A stretch of 64,000 bases of DNA. Source: Camelus dromedarius (lineage: Eukaryota). The stretch covers positions 7,378,001-7,442,000 of the forward strand of contig NC_087437.1 of assembly GCF_036321535.1 (NCBI RefSeq), given 5' to 3'. Under the pieces are notes generated by a model that did not search any database, had not been told where the DNA came from, and worked only from the letters and a program-made list of their open reading frames with translations. The position numbers and the translations under genes are program-made. This document shows positions 62,950 through 64,000 of the stretch, in pieces. Positions within the stretch are counted from its first letter, which is position 1. Every line of letters starts with the position of its first letter.

Positions 62950-64000
62950 CAGATAATACATTCGTGTGGTTCAAATAGAAAAGAAAATATAAAGACATAT
63001 ACAATAAAAAGTTTTCTTTCTTCTCCCTTTACCTTTGTGTGTCCAGTCCCCATCCTGATTTCCCTATCCTGACAGATAACTTTTATTATTGGTTTTGGTG
63101 TTTCCAGTAATGTTACTATATTTGTATGCAAGCAAATAAATACACAAGTGCACACACACGTATACATCATAGTCTTATATATGCTCTCCCTTATAGATAA
63201 AATATTGCATGATATACATACATTTTTTCTTTGTAAAGCTAATTGTTTGAAAGCAACTTTCTACTTAAATATAAACACATGAATATATAAAAATATATTG
63301 ATGTACACACACATCTCTAGCATATATCTACCTTAGTGACCTTTCTCCATATCCATACATAGTGCTTCCTGATTCCTTTACACAGCTGCATTATATTCCT
63401 TTGTAAAGCTATATATATTATAATTTATTTAACTAGTTCAATACTGATGGATATTCAAGTGATTTTCAAACATTTTCTATTATAAAAGCTCCTGCATGCA
63501 TCATTTTGCAGGAATAGCAGTCTGCATGCATTATTTTGCACATGTACAAGTATACTTGTAAAATAAATAGAAATATGATGACTGGGTCAAAGGTAAATAT
63601 ATATATAATTTTGACAAACATTGCCAAATTACCCTTAGAAACCACACTGGTTTGAGTCAATATTTTATTCTCAGTATATTTAGTCTACTACCTTTGCAAA
63701 TGAAAAGTGTTATCAAACTATTCAATTTTTCCATTTAAATGTTTTTAAAAGATAGTCTAGTGTAGTTTTAATATTTCTCATATTATAAGTGGGATTGAGC
63801 ATTTTCTTATGTTTTAAAACCATTTATATTTGGTTTCCCATTAATTATCTTTATATATCATTTGCTTATTTTCCTTTTAGGTTATTGATGTTCTCAATTT
63901 TTAGTGTTTATAAATTAAGGATATTAGTCCTTTGTCTGTAAGACCAGATATATAGGTACATAAGCCCCATTTTGTTGTCTGTCTTTTATTGTTGCTAATG
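62950..64000 (-). mobile_element. Old L1ME 3' fragment
   Basis: 'cagctgcattatattcc..aatttatttaactagttc..tgatggatattcaag..tgggtcaaagg..ttgagcattttcttatgttt..ttaaggatattagtcctttgtctg'. Confidence 0.8.

Noticed and set aside
63492..63540. 19-bp direct repeat ctgcatgcat(c/t)attttgca
   Set aside because: Small local duplication inside a decayed L1ME; no sign of function.

Overview
This is mammalian (eutherian) non-coding genomic DNA: AT-rich, CpG-poor and dominated by interspersed repeats. It is probably from a camelid, based on a tRNA-derived Vic-1-like SINE at ~45.2 kb and cetartiodactyl-type young L1 3' ends. I found no intact protein-coding ORF. The ORFs that resemble proteins are L1 ORF2 remnants, and the rest are chance or simple-repeat ORFs. 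Repeats include young L1s with target-site duplications (TSDs; two show twin-priming 5' inversions), old L1M, L2 and MIR, MaLR/ERVL LTRs, hAT and Tigger DNA transposons, and microsatellites. Repeat-free blocks rich in homeobox motifs look like conserved non-coding elements. At ~20.2-21.2 kb there is a promoter-like region with a candidate minus-strand first exon ending ATG-G|GTAAGC, which suggests the 5' end of a large, unidentified gene. Other notable signals are a textbook recursive-splice-site motif (33517-33538, + strand), a ~90% identical 156-bp inverted duplication (53.4 and 55.7 kb), and an element bounded by inverted LTR ends (45.6-46.0 kb). I see no convincing evidence of a novel multi-gene system. 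Repeat subfamily names come from pattern recognition, and the boundaries of old repeats are approximate.
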